This document shows positions 46,376 to 56,317 of a stretch of DNA of 64,000 bases, piece by piece. This DNA comes from Lysobacterales bacterium (GTDB lineage: Bacteria > Pseudomonadota > Gammaproteobacteria > Xanthomonadales > SZUA-5), in NCBI GenBank assembly GCA_019187485.1, contig JABAQR010000032.1:18578-82577 (forward strand), given 5' to 3'. Position numbers and translations under genes: made by a program. The number at the start of each line of letters is the position of its first letter. The first letter of the stretch is position 1. The notes under the pieces were generated by a model. It searched no databases and was not told where the DNA came from. It saw only the letters and a program-made list of their open reading frames with translations.

Positions 46376-47335
46376 TCAGGGTTCATCGTGCGGACCCAAG
46401 AATCGAGCCCCGTTGAAGTGGATGAGATGCGAGGGGGAATCAGCCACCCACACTTCCGTTTCCCAGGCGATTTCGCCCAGGTAGCGGCCCATGACGGCCC
46501 GGTTCGGGAAGGCGGTCACATAGACCAGTCCGGCGGTCGATCCGGCGAACAGCTTCGCCAGCTCGGCGTGACGCTTGCCATCGACCGGGCCGTGACTGGT
46601 GACGGACTCGACCAGCAGCAGCCAGTTTCTCGCGGTGAAGTGCAACACCACGTCGGGCATCTTGCCGTGTGTATCCACATCGACGCCCAGGCCGGCCAGC
46701 AAGGGCGTATCGAAGTAGCCCCACTTGTCGCCCGTGTCGCCGGCATAGACCAGCACGCTACCCGGCGCGAAGCGCGGGGCGAAGTCCTCGATGATGGCCC
46801 GGATCAGATCGCTATGTTCGCCGGGGCTCAGAGTGATTTCCCTGCCCGGCGCAATCTCGACTGGGATACGGTTGTGCTCGCGCTCCTTGGCGTAGCGTGC
46901 AACCAGCGTTTCCCGCTCGGCCAGATAGGCGGTCAGGCTGTCATGCCATACCGGTGTGCCGAAAGTGCGCAGTAGGGCCAGCGCGGCCGGCTCGATCTGA
47001 TAGACGGCCTGCGGGCTGTTCACTGGCCGGTCGGGCTTGTCCGGGTTGTAAAGGGCGATGCCGGCGTCGCAGAACTGGTGCATGGTCTGCCGGCGAAATG
47101 TCTCGCGGGTGTTCGGTGCGTACTCCTTGCCGTAGTGCTCGCGCGCCCAGTCCATGATGGGCGTGATGCCCACAAGCTGGCATTCCGCGTCAGCCCATGC
47201 CTTGCCCGGCGTGAGGTTCAGCAGGGCCAACAGCGAGAGCGCAGAACGCTCGTTTTGCTGTGCCCTCGGCAGCCCAAGCGAAACGAGAATCTGAATCGCA
47301 GCCTTGATGTGTCGGTTCTTCTTGCTGGTTCTCAT
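46376..47335 (-). CDS. BsuBI/PstI family type II restriction endonuclease
   Basis: The N-terminal AAIQILVSLGLPRAQQNERSALSLLALLNL pattern and the C-terminal VESVTSHGPV region are as I recall for this family. 319 aa, similar in size to R.BsuBI/R.PstI. Lies directly after, and overlaps by 4 nt, an N6-adenine methylase. A/T-richer codons than its neighbours. Confidence 0.75.
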   Translation of the reverse strand: MRTSKKNRHIKAAIQILVSLGLPRAQQNERSALSLLALLNLTPGKAWADAECQLVGITPIMDWAREHYGKEYAPNTRETFRRQTMHQFCDAGIALYNPDKPDRPVNSPQAVYQIEPAALALLRTFGTPVWHDSLTAYLAERETLVARYAKEREHNRIPVEIAPGREITLSPGEHSDLIRAIIEDFAPRFAPGSVLVYAGDTGDKWGYFDTPLLAGLGVDVDTHGKMPDVVLHFTARNWLLLVESVTSHGPVDGKRHAELAKLFAGSTAGLVYVTAFPNRAVMGRYLGEIAWETEVWVADSPSHLIHFNGARFLGPHDEP

Positions 47336-48813
47336 GTCGCAACTACCCGGAACTCATCGTCAATCATGCGCTGCGTCAGCTTCCCTTGCTGCATGGCCCA
47401 CTCCCCAAGCTCGATCAGGGTTTCACGGCTCGGGTACTTCATCGCCTTGAGGTCGGTCGCATTGACTTGGGTATGGCCGTTGAAGCGCCTGAAGATCTCA
47501 TCAGCCACGGTCGTGTTCAGGAACACGGCCAACCCATAGGCCAGTGCCTCGGGCAATCCGTGCTTGTTCTCGTGGAACAGGTTCAAGTGGTTCTCAAAGC
47601 CCAATACGGGCACGTCGCCGAAGGCGCTCGGCTCGACCACGCTCGCCACGATTCGGCGCTTTTCTTCCTTGGACGAGAAGCGCCGAACTACGCAGTAGAA
47701 GCCACTCGGGTACAGCCACTTTTCGGTGTCGGCATTACGCTCGATAGCGTTGGGCTTCTTCCTGCCCTCGATGGGCCATGTAGTGCCGGTACTGCTGAGG
47801 TGACCGGGATACAGCAAGGGAACGGTGCCCTCCCCTGGCATGTCGCGCAGGTGCTCTTTCAGGCGGAAATCAACCACTGGTCCGGTGGATACATTGATGC
47901 CCAGGTCGGTCAGCGTGGCGTGGAGCGCCTCCACAAGCTCAATGGTGTTTTTCTCCGGGGTCGTGGGAACATGAATAAATTGCTCCGGGTCATCGGGGGA
48001 CACGATGCGGTCGAACGGGTATTCATGGGTCTCAAGGTCGACGAAGGTGTTATCGGTAGAGGTTGAAACCGTCACCGGCCCCTGCTGGCCACCCCGCTCC
48101 AAGCGGATGATGATGTTCTCTTGGAGAACCTCGTCGTCCTTGAATGCCGTGCTGCGCGACTCGAACAGGTGCATGTGGTGGACAGCCGCGCGCTCAAGGA
48201 TGAAGTCGCGGAACGGTCGGTAATACGGCCCATTGCAGAAGCTGCGCGGGATGATGGCCACGATCTGCCCGCCCGGCGCGGCCTGGGCGACGGCCAGCGC
48301 AACGAAGGCGCTATACAGGTTCACCGTCTCTATACCGACACGACGCAAGGTCAGCCGATGCGCGGAGTTGCTGTTGATCTTCTTGTAGGGCGGGTTGAGG
48401 ATGGCGTGGGTGAATCTTGGAAGTGACTTCGCGAACAGACCACCGCAAACTGCATCTGTGGCTGCGTGAATGAAATCGTCGCCATGAACCGCGACAGAGA
48501 GCCTAGAACTCGCGTACTTGCACAGCGTCCTCGTCAACTGGCTGTGCAGAGAACCATCGATCTCAAAAGCATCGACTTCCACGCGCTGGAAGCCAAAGCC
48601 ACCGGAAGACCATCGCTCCAAGAAAGCTGCGGCAAGAGATCCAATACCGGCACCCGCATCAAGAAGGCGACATGTGCCATCGGCGGCTGGGAATAGCCCG
48701 GCCATGAAGGCCGCAGTTCCGCCAGGCGTCAAGAACTGGCCATACTGCGACTTCTTTTTCGCGTCCGTGTTCTTGGATAGACGCAACCGGGCTTGTTCAA
48801 CTTCTGACAGCAA
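47332..48813 (-). CDS. N6-adenine DNA methyltransferase (Eco57I/M.PstI-M.BsuBI-like, gamma class)
   Basis: SAM motif LLDAGAGIGSL, catalytic motif ILNPPYKKI, and N-terminal QYGQFLTPGGTA. There is no ATG upstream of the conserved region, so TTG 48813 (AGGAG 8 nt upstream) is proposed, giving about 493 aa. The start is uncertain. Confidence 0.8.
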   Translation of the reverse strand: MLSEVEQARLRLSKNTDAKKKSQYGQFLTPGGTAAFMAGLFPAADGTCRLLDAGAGIGSLAAAFLERWSSGGFGFQRVEVDAFEIDGSLHSQLTRTLCKYASSRLSVAVHGDDFIHAATDAVCGGLFAKSLPRFTHAILNPPYKKINSNSAHRLTLRRVGIETVNLYSAFVALAVAQAAPGGQIVAIIPRSFCNGPYYRPFRDFILERAAVHHMHLFESRSTAFKDDEVLQENIIIRLERGGQQGPVTVSTSTDNTFVDLETHEYPFDRIVSPDDPEQFIHVPTTPEKNTIELVEALHATLTDLGINVSTGPVVDFRLKEHLRDMPGEGTVPLLYPGHLSSTGTTWPIEGRKKPNAIERNADTEKWLYPSGFYCVVRRFSSKEEKRRIVASVVEPSAFGDVPVLGFENHLNLFHENKHGLPEALAYGLAVFLNTTVADEIFRRFNGHTQVNATDLKAMKYPSRETLIELGEWAMQQGKLTQRMIDDEFRVVAT

Positions 48814-48949
48814 GCAATCGTCTCCTGTTCTACAACCTGATTCCGTGAGCAATCTGCCGCAAGATGCTTTATCGTGTTGATTGTATTGGATAATCCTCGC
48901 CGTCTCCACTTCACCCACCAGGTGCTTTCTGGATCGGCTTCGGATTGTC

Positions 48950-49692
48950 CCACTACGCTCGTCCTTGACCGCTCGCGGCGGTCTGGTTGCCGTCGGCAAG
49001 TTGCTGCGCCAGCACGCTCAACTGCCTCAGGTGCTCGACCCGCTGTTCCCGGCCAAGACCGGATTGGCCGACGGCAATATCGCCATCACCTATTGTGCGC
49101 TCCTGAGTCAGGGCGTTACCGAGTTCGATGCGACCGAGAACATGCGCCGCGATGCGACCTTTGCGCGCGCCTTGGGCTTGCCCGCGCTGCCATCGTCCCC
49201 GACGGTGCGCCAGCGCATCGAGTCTCGCGGACAGGCCTGGCTGGAGCCGCTGTTCGAGGCCAATGCGCGCCTGCTGACGCGCGCCAAGGTTGAGCCGACC
49301 GCCTTGGCCACCGGCCACGTGCCGGTCGATCTCGATGTGTTCGTGATGGACAACAGTGATTCGCGGAAGGAAGGCATCGGCACACCTACGCCGGGGTGGT
49401 CGGGTACGCGCCGATCGCTGCCTACATCGGCTGCGAGGGGTACTTGCTGGATCTGTCGCTGCGCGCAGGCACCCAGCACTCGGCCAGCGAGACCGAGTAC
49501 TTGCTGGAACGCGTGCTGCCGCTGGCGCGCCGTCTGACGTCGGCGCCGCTGCTTGCACGCCTGGATTGCGGATTCGACAGCGCCAGGCTGTATGCCGACG
49601 CAGCCGACACCCAGCCAGAAACCCACGAGGACGCCCGCTCCCTCGCAACTTGCCGTGGCGCGGACACCGCCCGGACACCCGGAACGACGTAG
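48950..49692 (+). mobile_element. IS1380-family transposase remnant (frameshifted and 3'-truncated pseudogene)
   Basis: Frame 1 reads GGLVAVGKLL...VDLDVFVMDNSDSRKEGIG. Frame 2 continues HTYAGVVGYAPIAAYIGCEGYLLDLSLRAGTQHSASE...LLARLDCGFDS. The join implies a 1-nt deletion near 49381. Recognisable similarity ends by about 49580, roughly half the normal transposase length. Confidence 0.6.
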
Positions 49693-49870
49693 AACCTTCC
49701 CCCGTCCGCCCTGGAAACCGTCCCGGCGACTGCCCAGCTGCGCGTAGGCAGGCACAAGTCGCACTGGCGGCGAGCGCAAACCGTCCATCGGCGAGAGCGC
49801 GCGCGGGGCAAAGTGGCGCCACGGATTCAGGTGTAAATGAAAATGATCGGGCTCTGATCTCCCGGTCGGC

Positions 49871-49990
49871 TCAGCGCGTCAGCACCTTGCCCGGGTCGAG
49901 GGTGCCGTGCGGGTCGAACTGGGCCTCGATGGCGCGCATCAGGGCGAGGGTGGCGGGCGGGACGGCGGCCTTCCAGGAACACCCGATCAC
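49871..49990 (-). pseudogene. stranded C-terminal fragment of a FAD-linked oxidase (GlcD/D-lactate dehydrogenase-like)
   Basis: The minus-strand frame reads ...LALMRAIEAQFDPHGTLDPGKVLTR-stop, the characteristic C-terminal tail of this family. No ORF of 60 aa or more exists in this frame, so the rest of the gene is missing. Confidence 0.3.
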
Positions 49991-50084
49991 CGCGTCGTTC
50001 GCGAACCCGCCGCATCGACTGGAAATTCGCCGCTGGAGGGCGGCGCTCCCGCGCCGCCGCTTTGACTGCGGATCGCATGTTCCC

Positions 50085-51878
50085 TCAGCGCCGCAGGCGT
50101 GCCAGTTCCGTCGCGTCCAGCCGCAGCACCGGATCGCGCATGTACGCCGTATCGAAGTACGGCGAACGCTCGTAGAAGTAGCGCAGGCGCGCGGTCGGGT
50201 CGGCGGCGAAGGCGGCGTCGCTGGCCAGGCGCGCCTCGAACTCGCGTTTCAGCGCTGTGTCCGCGGCCAGCATCTCGCGCGCGATGCGTTCGAGCACGCG
50301 CGCCTCGGCGTATTCCTTTTCCTCGAAGATGGTGTCGAAAAAGCCCCAGCGAATCAGGCTGTCGCCGCTGGCGGGTTCCAGCAACAGCGCTGCGAGGCGC
50401 GCGCGCGGCTGGTCCATGTCGATCAGCCAACTGCCGGCGGGAACTTCGATTGCGACCGGCTCCAGGGTCGACTCCAGCGTGGCGACGAGATGGTGCCCTT
50501 CGAAGGGTCGCGGCGTCCACTCGACCTTGGTGTAGCGGTGGCGCTGCGCCTGCACCTGTGCCGCCTGCGGCAACCGTTGCAGGCGCAGCCCGTGCAGTTG
50601 CAGACGTTCGATCACATCGAACCACTGCGGCGGGATCAGGTAGGCGGCCGGTGCCGCGGCGCTGGCGCTGATGGTGACCTGGCGCTGCACCGGCAATGTG
50701 AAAGTCTGCGGGCGATCCTGGTGGTACTGCACCCAGGTACCCCCGGAGATTTCACTTGGTACCCGGGATTCCGCGTAGCCGAGGAAGTCGATGGTCTCAG
50801 TCTGCTCCGCCAGCGCGAAGGCCAGCGGTACCGGCCGTGCCGCATCGAAGCGCTCGGCGTCGGCCGCCGCGGTGGCGGCCTTGAGCGCTGCCGGCTCGCG
50901 CCCGATCGCGCGCAGCAGCTCGCGCAGCGTCGCCAACGTCGCCAGCACACGGGTTTTGTGGTCCTTGACCATGTGCGCCTCGAGCAGCAGGCCCGCGCGG
51001 CCGGCGGCAGCGGCGTAGCCGGTCGAGAAGCGCGGTGCGGCCGCGCCGCCGACCAGACCGGCGTGCAGATCGTCCCAGTTCTTCATGTTGACGTAGAAGC
51101 TGAGCGGCCATCCGGCTTTTTCCAGCGCCGGCAGGACCACGCCGTCGAAGGTGCGGCGCTGCCAGTCGGCCAGCGCCGGCGCGATGCTCGGGCCGGTTTC
51201 GTAGGCCCAGGTCATCGGGTACTGGTAGTCGGCGCCGTCGGTGTTGTGCAGGTCGACCAGCAGGTCCGGCTGCCAGTCCTGCCACAGCCGCAGCCAGGCC
51301 TGCATCTCCGGTGCATCGGCCTTCATGTAGTCGCGATTCAAGTTCAGGTTCTGCGCGGTGGCGCGCCAGCCCATCTGCTCCGGGCCGTTCTGGTTGATGC
51401 GGTTGTGCGGACCGAAGCGCTCGTGGCCATCGACGTTGAAGATCGGGATCAGCAACAACACCACCGGTTCCAGCAACGCGCGGTCGGCGCCGAACAGCAG
51501 CTCGCGCGAGAGTGCCATCAGCGCGTCCTTGCCCTCGATCTCGCCGGCGTGGATGCCGGCCTGCAACAGGATCACCGGCTTGCCGGAGGCGCGCGCCGCC
51601 TGCGGGTTGTCGATGCCGTCGCTGGACAGCACCAGGGCATTCAGCGCGCGACCCTGCGGACTGCGACCGAAGGCGAACAAGCTCGCCGCAGGGCTGGCCT
51701 CGTCCAGGCGCTCGAACCAGGCCATGGTCTGCGCGTAACGCGGGGTGCGCGCATAGTCGCTGGCCTGCGCGGGTGTGGTCCAATCGGTGGCGGTGGCGGT
51801 GGCGGTGGCGGTGGCGGTGGCGGTGGCGGTCGGCGCGAGCGCAGCGGCGAGCAGCAGGGGCAGGATGCAGGCGGACAT
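50085..51878 (-). CDS. secreted M14 family zinc carboxypeptidase-like metallopeptidase
   Basis: Signal peptide MSACILPLLLAAALAP. Zinc motif GIHAGEIEG and NVDGHER. 597 aa from ATG 51878. Confidence 0.8.
   Translation of the reverse strand: MSACILPLLLAAALAPTATATATATATATATDWTTPAQASDYARTPRYAQTMAWFERLDEASPAASLFAFGRSPQGRALNALVLSSDGIDNPQAARASGKPVILLQAGIHAGEIEGKDALMALSRELLFGADRALLEPVVLLLIPIFNVDGHERFGPHNRINQNGPEQMGWRATAQNLNLNRDYMKADAPEMQAWLRLWQDWQPDLLVDLHNTDGADYQYPMTWAYETGPSIAPALADWQRRTFDGVVLPALEKAGWPLSFYVNMKNWDDLHAGLVGGAAAPRFSTGYAAAAGRAGLLLEAHMVKDHKTRVLATLATLRELLRAIGREPAALKAATAAADAERFDAARPVPLAFALAEQTETIDFLGYAESRVPSEISGGTWVQYHQDRPQTFTLPVQRQVTISASAAAPAAYLIPPQWFDVIERLQLHGLRLQRLPQAAQVQAQRHRYTKVEWTPRPFEGHHLVATLESTLEPVAIEVPAGSWLIDMDQPRARLAALLLEPASGDSLIRWGFFDTIFEEKEYAEARVLERIAREMLAADTALKREFEARLASDAAFAADPTARLRYFYERSPYFDTAYMRDPVLRLDATELARLRR
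51786..51830. repeat. perfect hexanucleotide tandem repeat (GGTGGC)7.5
   Basis: ggtggc is repeated seven times plus ggt. On the minus strand this encodes (Thr-Ala)7 directly after the signal peptide of the M14 peptidase. Confidence 0.95.
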
Positions 51879-52072
51879 GGGGCCTCGGTTTCGACGGCGG
51901 AAATGCGAGGATGCCGCAAGCGCCGCGCGCAGGCATCCAGAGCGGTGTCGCAATCGAAGCGCGTACGGCGTCGCAGGACCGCACCAAGCGCGAGAACTCC
52001 TGGCGGGGCGTCGGCTGGTCCCGGGTGTAGCGCCTATACTCCGCGCGCCCTTTCGACTACCCCGAGGACCCC

Positions 52073-53089
52073 ATGGACATTTCCGATCTCGCCGACATCG
52101 CCCGTCAGATGGTCGCGCCCGGCAAGGGCATCATCGCCATCGACGAATCGAGCAAGACCATCAAGAAGCGTTTCGACGGGGTCGGCATCGAGTGCACAGA
52201 GGAGACCCGGCGTGCCTACCGCGAAATGCTGCTGACCACGCCTGGCCTCGGCGAGCACCTGTCGGGCGCGATCCTCTACGACGAGACGCTGCGGCAGTCC
52301 ACCCGCGACGGCCGCCGCTTCGTGGACGTCATGCGCGCCGCGGGCGTGTTGCCCGGCATCAAGGTGGACACCGGCACGGTCGGCCTTGCCGGATTTCCGG
52401 GCGAATCGATCACCGAAGGTCTGGACGGCCTGCGCGAGCGCCTCAAGGAGTACGTCACCCTGGGTGCCAGGTTCGCGAAGTGGCGCGCGGTGATCGCGAT
52501 CGCCGAGGACAAGCCTTCGACGGCCTGCATCGAGGCCAACTGCCACGCGCTCGCGCGCTACGCGGCGCTGTGCCAGGAAGCGGGCCTGGTGCCGATGGTC
52601 GAGCCCGAGGTGCTGATGGACGGCGAGCACGACATCGAGACCTGTCACGACGTCACCGAGGCCACCCTGCGCGCGCTCTACAATGCCCTCTACGAGCACA
52701 ACGTGCTGCTCGAAGGCACGATCCTGAAGGCGAGCATGGTGCTCGCCGGCAAGGATTGCGAGGAACAGGCCGACACCGAGGAAGTGGCCGAGGCCACCCT
52801 GGTGTGCCTGCGCGCCGCAGTGCCGGCGGCGGTGCCGGGCATCGTGTTCCTGTCCGGTGGCCAGAGCGACGAGGCCGCCACCGCGCACCTGAACGCGATG
52901 AACCAGATGGGCCCGCACCCCTGGCCGCTGAGCTTCTCCTACGGCCGCGCGATGCAGACCGCCGCACTCAAGCTGTGGGCGAAGGACATCGGCGCGAACG
53001 TCGCCGCGGCGCAGAAGATCGTTGCCGCCCGCGCCCGCGAGAACGGCCTCGCCGCGCTCGGCAAGTGGAGCGCCGACGCGGCGGCCTGA
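52073..53089 (+). CDS. fba: class I fructose-bisphosphate aldolase
   Basis: GKGIIAIDESSKTIKKRF, a Schiff-base lysine region (LLEGTILKASMV) and LSGGQS. 338 aa. Confidence 0.9.
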   Translation: MDISDLADIARQMVAPGKGIIAIDESSKTIKKRFDGVGIECTEETRRAYREMLLTTPGLGEHLSGAILYDETLRQSTRDGRRFVDVMRAAGVLPGIKVDTGTVGLAGFPGESITEGLDGLRERLKEYVTLGARFAKWRAVIAIAEDKPSTACIEANCHALARYAALCQEAGLVPMVEPEVLMDGEHDIETCHDVTEATLRALYNALYEHNVLLEGTILKASMVLAGKDCEEQADTEEVAEATLVCLRAAVPAAVPGIVFLSGGQSDEAATAHLNAMNQMGPHPWPLSFSYGRAMQTAALKLWAKDIGANVAAAQKIVAARARENGLAALGKWSADAAA

Positions 53090-53214
53090 GATCGCGGGGC
53101 GGTCGCTCGCTGCCGCCAATCTCGCTGGGGAGCCTCTGAACAACTCAGAGCTTCCGTGCGCCATGGATGGCACGCTCGCGGATCGAGCGCGTAAGTGCTT
53201 GACCCAAACCTTCC

Positions 53215-53688
53215 CTAGTCCGGATGCGCCGCCGGTGCGCGCGGCGCCTTCGCCAGCCAGGCATCGAGGGCATTGGCGAAGGCTTGGCGGTCGCGTGCGT
53301 GCAAGGGCGCGGGTCCGCCGGTCTGCACGCCGGCGCCGCGCAGCTGGTCCATGAAATTGCGCAGCGAGAGTCGCTGGGCGATGGTTTCGCGCGTGTACAT
53401 CTCGCCGCGCGGATGCAGCGCCAGCGCGCCCTTGTCGATCGCCAGCGCGGCGAGCGGGATGTCCTGCGTCACCACCAGATCGCCGGACTCGACGCGGCGG
53501 GCGATCTCCGAATCGGCCACATCCAGCCCCTGCGGCACCTGGATCGCACGAATGTGCGTCGCAGCCGGGGTGCGGATCCACTGGTTGGCAACGAAGGTCA
53601 GCGGCAGGCGCGTGCGCAAGGCGGCGCGGATCAGGATCTCGCGGATCGAAAGCGGACAGGCATCGGCGTCGACGTAGATCCGGCTCAA
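53215..53688 (-). CDS. yaiI: YaiI/YqxD family protein (UPF0178, DUF188)
   Basis: [21 protein letters not shown]... is the canonical family start. TTG 53688 is proposed as the start (157 aa). It overlaps the stop codon of the upstream small ORF (TTGA). Confidence 0.75.
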   Translation of the reverse strand: MSRIYVDADACPLSIREILIRAALRTRLPLTFVANQWIRTPAATHIRAIQVPQGLDVADSEIARRVESGDLVVTQDIPLAALAIDKGALALHPRGEMYTRETIAQRLSLRNFMDQLRGAGVQTGGPAPLHARDRQAFANALDAWLAKAPRAPAAHPD

Positions 53689-53912
53689 CGCCCGCGCTCG
53701 CGCAGCGAGGCGAGGAACCAGCGCCACAACAGGATCGCGCAGCCGACCACGCCGAGCGCGCCGACCACCGTCAGCGGCAGCGCCAGGTCGGCCGCCGCGA
53801 CCGCCGCGAAGGGCGCCACTTCCGGCAGCAGCAGCGCGCCGAGGCCGAGTGCGAGCATGCCGGCGGCGAGGGCATCGGCGAGCACCAGCGGCACGATCAG
53901 ATGGCGGTTCAT
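53685..53912 (-). CDS. small two-TM membrane protein, unknown function
   Basis: 75 aa with two hydrophobic helices and GC3-biased codons. The 4-nt overlap with the yaiI start suggests translational coupling. Confidence 0.5.
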   Translation of the reverse strand: MNRHLIVPLVLADALAAGMLALGLGALLLPEVAPFAAVAAADLALPLTVVGALGVVGCAILLWRWFLASLRERGR

Positions 53913-54079
53913 AGTCGGCGATTATGGACGCGATCACCGGCTTGCTGGCGGCCAGCGCGCGAACGCAAGGACGCCACCGCTCGCTGCACGGCGCTCCGGC
54001 CTGCGCTGGACCAGCTATCCAGCGCAGTCGCACTGGTGCAGTCTTCGCCTCTGCGAGCGAGCGGCCCCGGGAGGCGACG

Positions 54080-55450
54080 ATGGCGGTCTACAACAACGTG
54101 CTGGAACTGATCGGCAACACCCCGATCGTGCGCTGCCAACGCATGGACACCGGTCCCTGCGAACTGTATTTCAAGATGGAATCGACCAATCCCGGCGGCT
54201 CGATCAAGGATCGCATCGGTCTGGTCATGATCGAGGACGCCGAGCGCCGCGGCCAGCTCAAGCCGGGCGCCACCATCGTCGAGGGCACCGCCGGCAACAC
54301 CGGGCTCGCGCTCGCGCTGGTCGCCCAGCAGAAGGGCTACCGGCTGGTGCTGGTGGTGCCGGACAAGATGAGCCGCGAGAAGATCTTCAACCTGAAGGCG
54401 ATGGGCGCCGAGGTGGTGCTGACGCGTTCGGACGTGACCAAGGGCCATCCCGAGTACTACCAGGACATGGCGCGTCGGATCGCCGAGGAAACCCCGGGCG
54501 CGGTCTACATCAACCAGTTCGGCAACCCCTCCAATCCGATCGCGCACGAATTCGGTACCGGCCCCGAGATCTGGCAGCAGATGGGCCACGAGATGGATGC
54601 GATGGTGTTCGGCGTCGGCTCCGGCGGCACCCTCACCGGCCTGTCGAACTTCTTCACCCGCGCCGCACCGCATGTGGAGCTGATCCTCGCTGACCCAGTC
54701 GGTTCGGTGCTGACCCGATACGTCAACGAGCAGGTGCTCGACACCACCGGCGGCAGTTGGACGGTCGAGGGCATCGGTGGCGACTACCTGACCGCGATCA
54801 GCGATTTCCGGCATGTGAGGAAGGCCTACGCGATCAGCGATCGCGAGAGTTTCGAGGTCGCGCGCGAGCTGCTGAAGTCCGAGGGCATCCTTGGCGGCAG
54901 CAGCACCGGCACCGTGATCGCCGCCGCGCTGCGCTACTGCCGCGAACAGAGCACGCGCAAGAAGGTGGTCGCCTTCGTCTGCGACACCGGCAACAAATAC
55001 CTGTCGAAGATGTACAACGACTACTGGATGCGCGACAACGGCTACATCGCGCGCGAATCCACCGGCGATCTGCGCGACCTCATCAACCGCCCGTATTCCG
55101 AGCGCGACACCATCGTGGTGCGCCCGCACGAGACCCTGACCGTCGCCTACCAGCGCATGAAGCTCTACGACGTCTCGCAACTGCCGGTGATGGACGGCGA
55201 CCGCATCGTCGGCATCGTCGACGAGTCGGATGTGCTGCTGAAGGTGCACAACGCACCCGGCCAGTTCCAGTGCCCGGTGTCGGAGGCGATGATCACCACG
55301 CTCGACGCGGTCGACATGCGCAGCGACATCAACACCCTGCTGCCGCTGTTCGAGCGCGGCCACGTCGCGATCGTCATGGATGGCGAGCGCTTCATCGGCC
55401 TGATCACGCGCATGGACCTGCTGAACTACCTGCGCCGACGCAGCGGTTGA
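54080..55450 (+). CDS. cystathionine beta-synthase (PLP domain + tandem CBS domains)
   Basis: [14 protein letters not shown]-lysine motif, GTAGNTG and [10 protein letters not shown]. The C-terminal CBS pair includes [25 protein letters not shown] 54080 with GGGAGG upstream. Confidence 0.9.
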   Translation: MAVYNNVLELIGNTPIVRCQRMDTGPCELYFKMESTNPGGSIKDRIGLVMIEDAERRGQLKPGATIVEGTAGNTGLALALVAQQKGYRLVLVVPDKMSREKIFNLKAMGAEVVLTRSDVTKGHPEYYQDMARRIAEETPGAVYINQFGNPSNPIAHEFGTGPEIWQQMGHEMDAMVFGVGSGGTLTGLSNFFTRAAPHVELILADPVGSVLTRYVNEQVLDTTGGSWTVEGIGGDYLTAISDFRHVRKAYAISDRESFEVARELLKSEGILGGSSTGTVIAAALRYCREQSTRKKVVAFVCDTGNKYLSKMYNDYWMRDNGYIARESTGDLRDLINRPYSERDTIVVRPHETLTVAYQRMKLYDVSQLPVMDGDRIVGIVDESDVLLKVHNAPGQFQCPVSEAMITTLDAVDMRSDINTLLPLFERGHVAIVMDGERFIGLITRMDLLNYLRRRSG

Positions 55451-55566
55451 GACTGGCGGATCCACACGCGGTTTTCACGCACGGTAAAGCTGGGTGACGC
55501 CGATGGAACCACAGCCCCGCGCCTCCGGTCCGTAGCAGACCCATGGCCCTCGAAGGACTCCAGCTG

Positions 55567-56133
55567 ATGCGCGCCCCGACCTGCCTCGCCGCCCTCGTTC
55601 TCGCCGGTACTGCCGGTGCCGAACCCATGACCTACGCCATCGACCAGGTCCACAGCCAGGTGCACGCGAGCGTGCTGCACATGGGCATGTCGAACAGCAC
55701 CGCGCGCTTCGAGATCAAAGATGGGTCGATCACCGCCGACAGCGCCGACTGGAATGCCGCGAAGGTCGCTGCGACCCTCGACATCGCCGGCATCAGCCTC
55801 GGCGACGACACCTGGCAGGAGCACGTCTCGGCGTCCAAGTGGTTCGATGTGGCCAGCTTCCCGGAGGCGCGCTTCGTGTCCACCCGGGTCGAACGCACCG
55901 GCGACCAGATGCTGGCGATCCACGGCGACCTTACGCTCAAGGGCACCACCAAACCAGTCGTGCTGCAGGCGCGAATCAACCACGCTGGTCCGCACCCGAT
56001 GAGCAAGCAGCCGGCGCTCGGCATCTCCGCGAGCGGCAGTCTCAAACGCAGCGAGTTCGGCATCTCCGAGTACCTCGGCAGCATCAGCGACGAGGTGCAA
56101 CTGCGCATCGAGATCGAGGCGAAGGCCGGCTGA
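55567..56133 (+). CDS. YceI family periplasmic polyisoprenoid-binding protein (copy 1)
   Basis: Signal peptide MRAPTCLAALVLAGTAGA, then YAIDQVHSQVHASVLHMGMSNSTARF and the LTLKGTTKPV pattern. Alternative ATG at 55543. Confidence 0.85.
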   Translation: MRAPTCLAALVLAGTAGAEPMTYAIDQVHSQVHASVLHMGMSNSTARFEIKDGSITADSADWNAAKVAATLDIAGISLGDDTWQEHVSASKWFDVASFPEARFVSTRVERTGDQMLAIHGDLTLKGTTKPVVLQARINHAGPHPMSKQPALGISASGSLKRSEFGISEYLGSISDEVQLRIEIEAKAG

Positions 56134-56192
56134 GTTGCGCACCCCGGCGACCCGACCCGCCGATGAAACACCGGCCATGCATGAGCGGCCCG

Positions 56193-56251
56193 CCAATCGA
56201 GCGCACAAACGCTCGATTGGGCGAAGCCGAGTCCGGACATGCGCCGGACTC
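56193..56251 (+). terminator. two consecutive perfect hairpins between yceI and cybB
   Basis: ccaatcgagcg-cacaaa-cgctcgattgg forms an 11-bp stem at 56193-56220. gagtccgg-acatgcg-ccggactc forms an 8-bp stem at 56229-56251. Neither has a U tract. Confidence 0.35.
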
Positions 56252-56317
56252 TGCGCTGGCTGGCGCGTCCGGGGTGGACTCGTCCAGACCCCAATGGTTC
56301 CTTCCTAGGCGATCGGT

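Noticed and set aside
49370-49400. Programmed ribosomal frameshift in the IS1380-family transposase
   Set aside because: This IS family is not known to use frameshifting. There is no slippery heptamer at the junction, and the gene is also truncated at the 3' end. A decayed pseudogene is the simpler reading.
46067-50084. Integrative element or prophage with integrase and tRNA attachment site
   Set aside because: I found no integrase-like ORF, no tRNA gene and no obvious direct repeats at the island borders. Only an IS remnant is present.
49356-52235. 959-aa plus-strand ORF containing a poly-Gly run
   Set aside because: It spans the IS remnant and the antisense strand of the M14 peptidase. 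The poly-Gly run is simply the hexamer microsatellite read in another frame.
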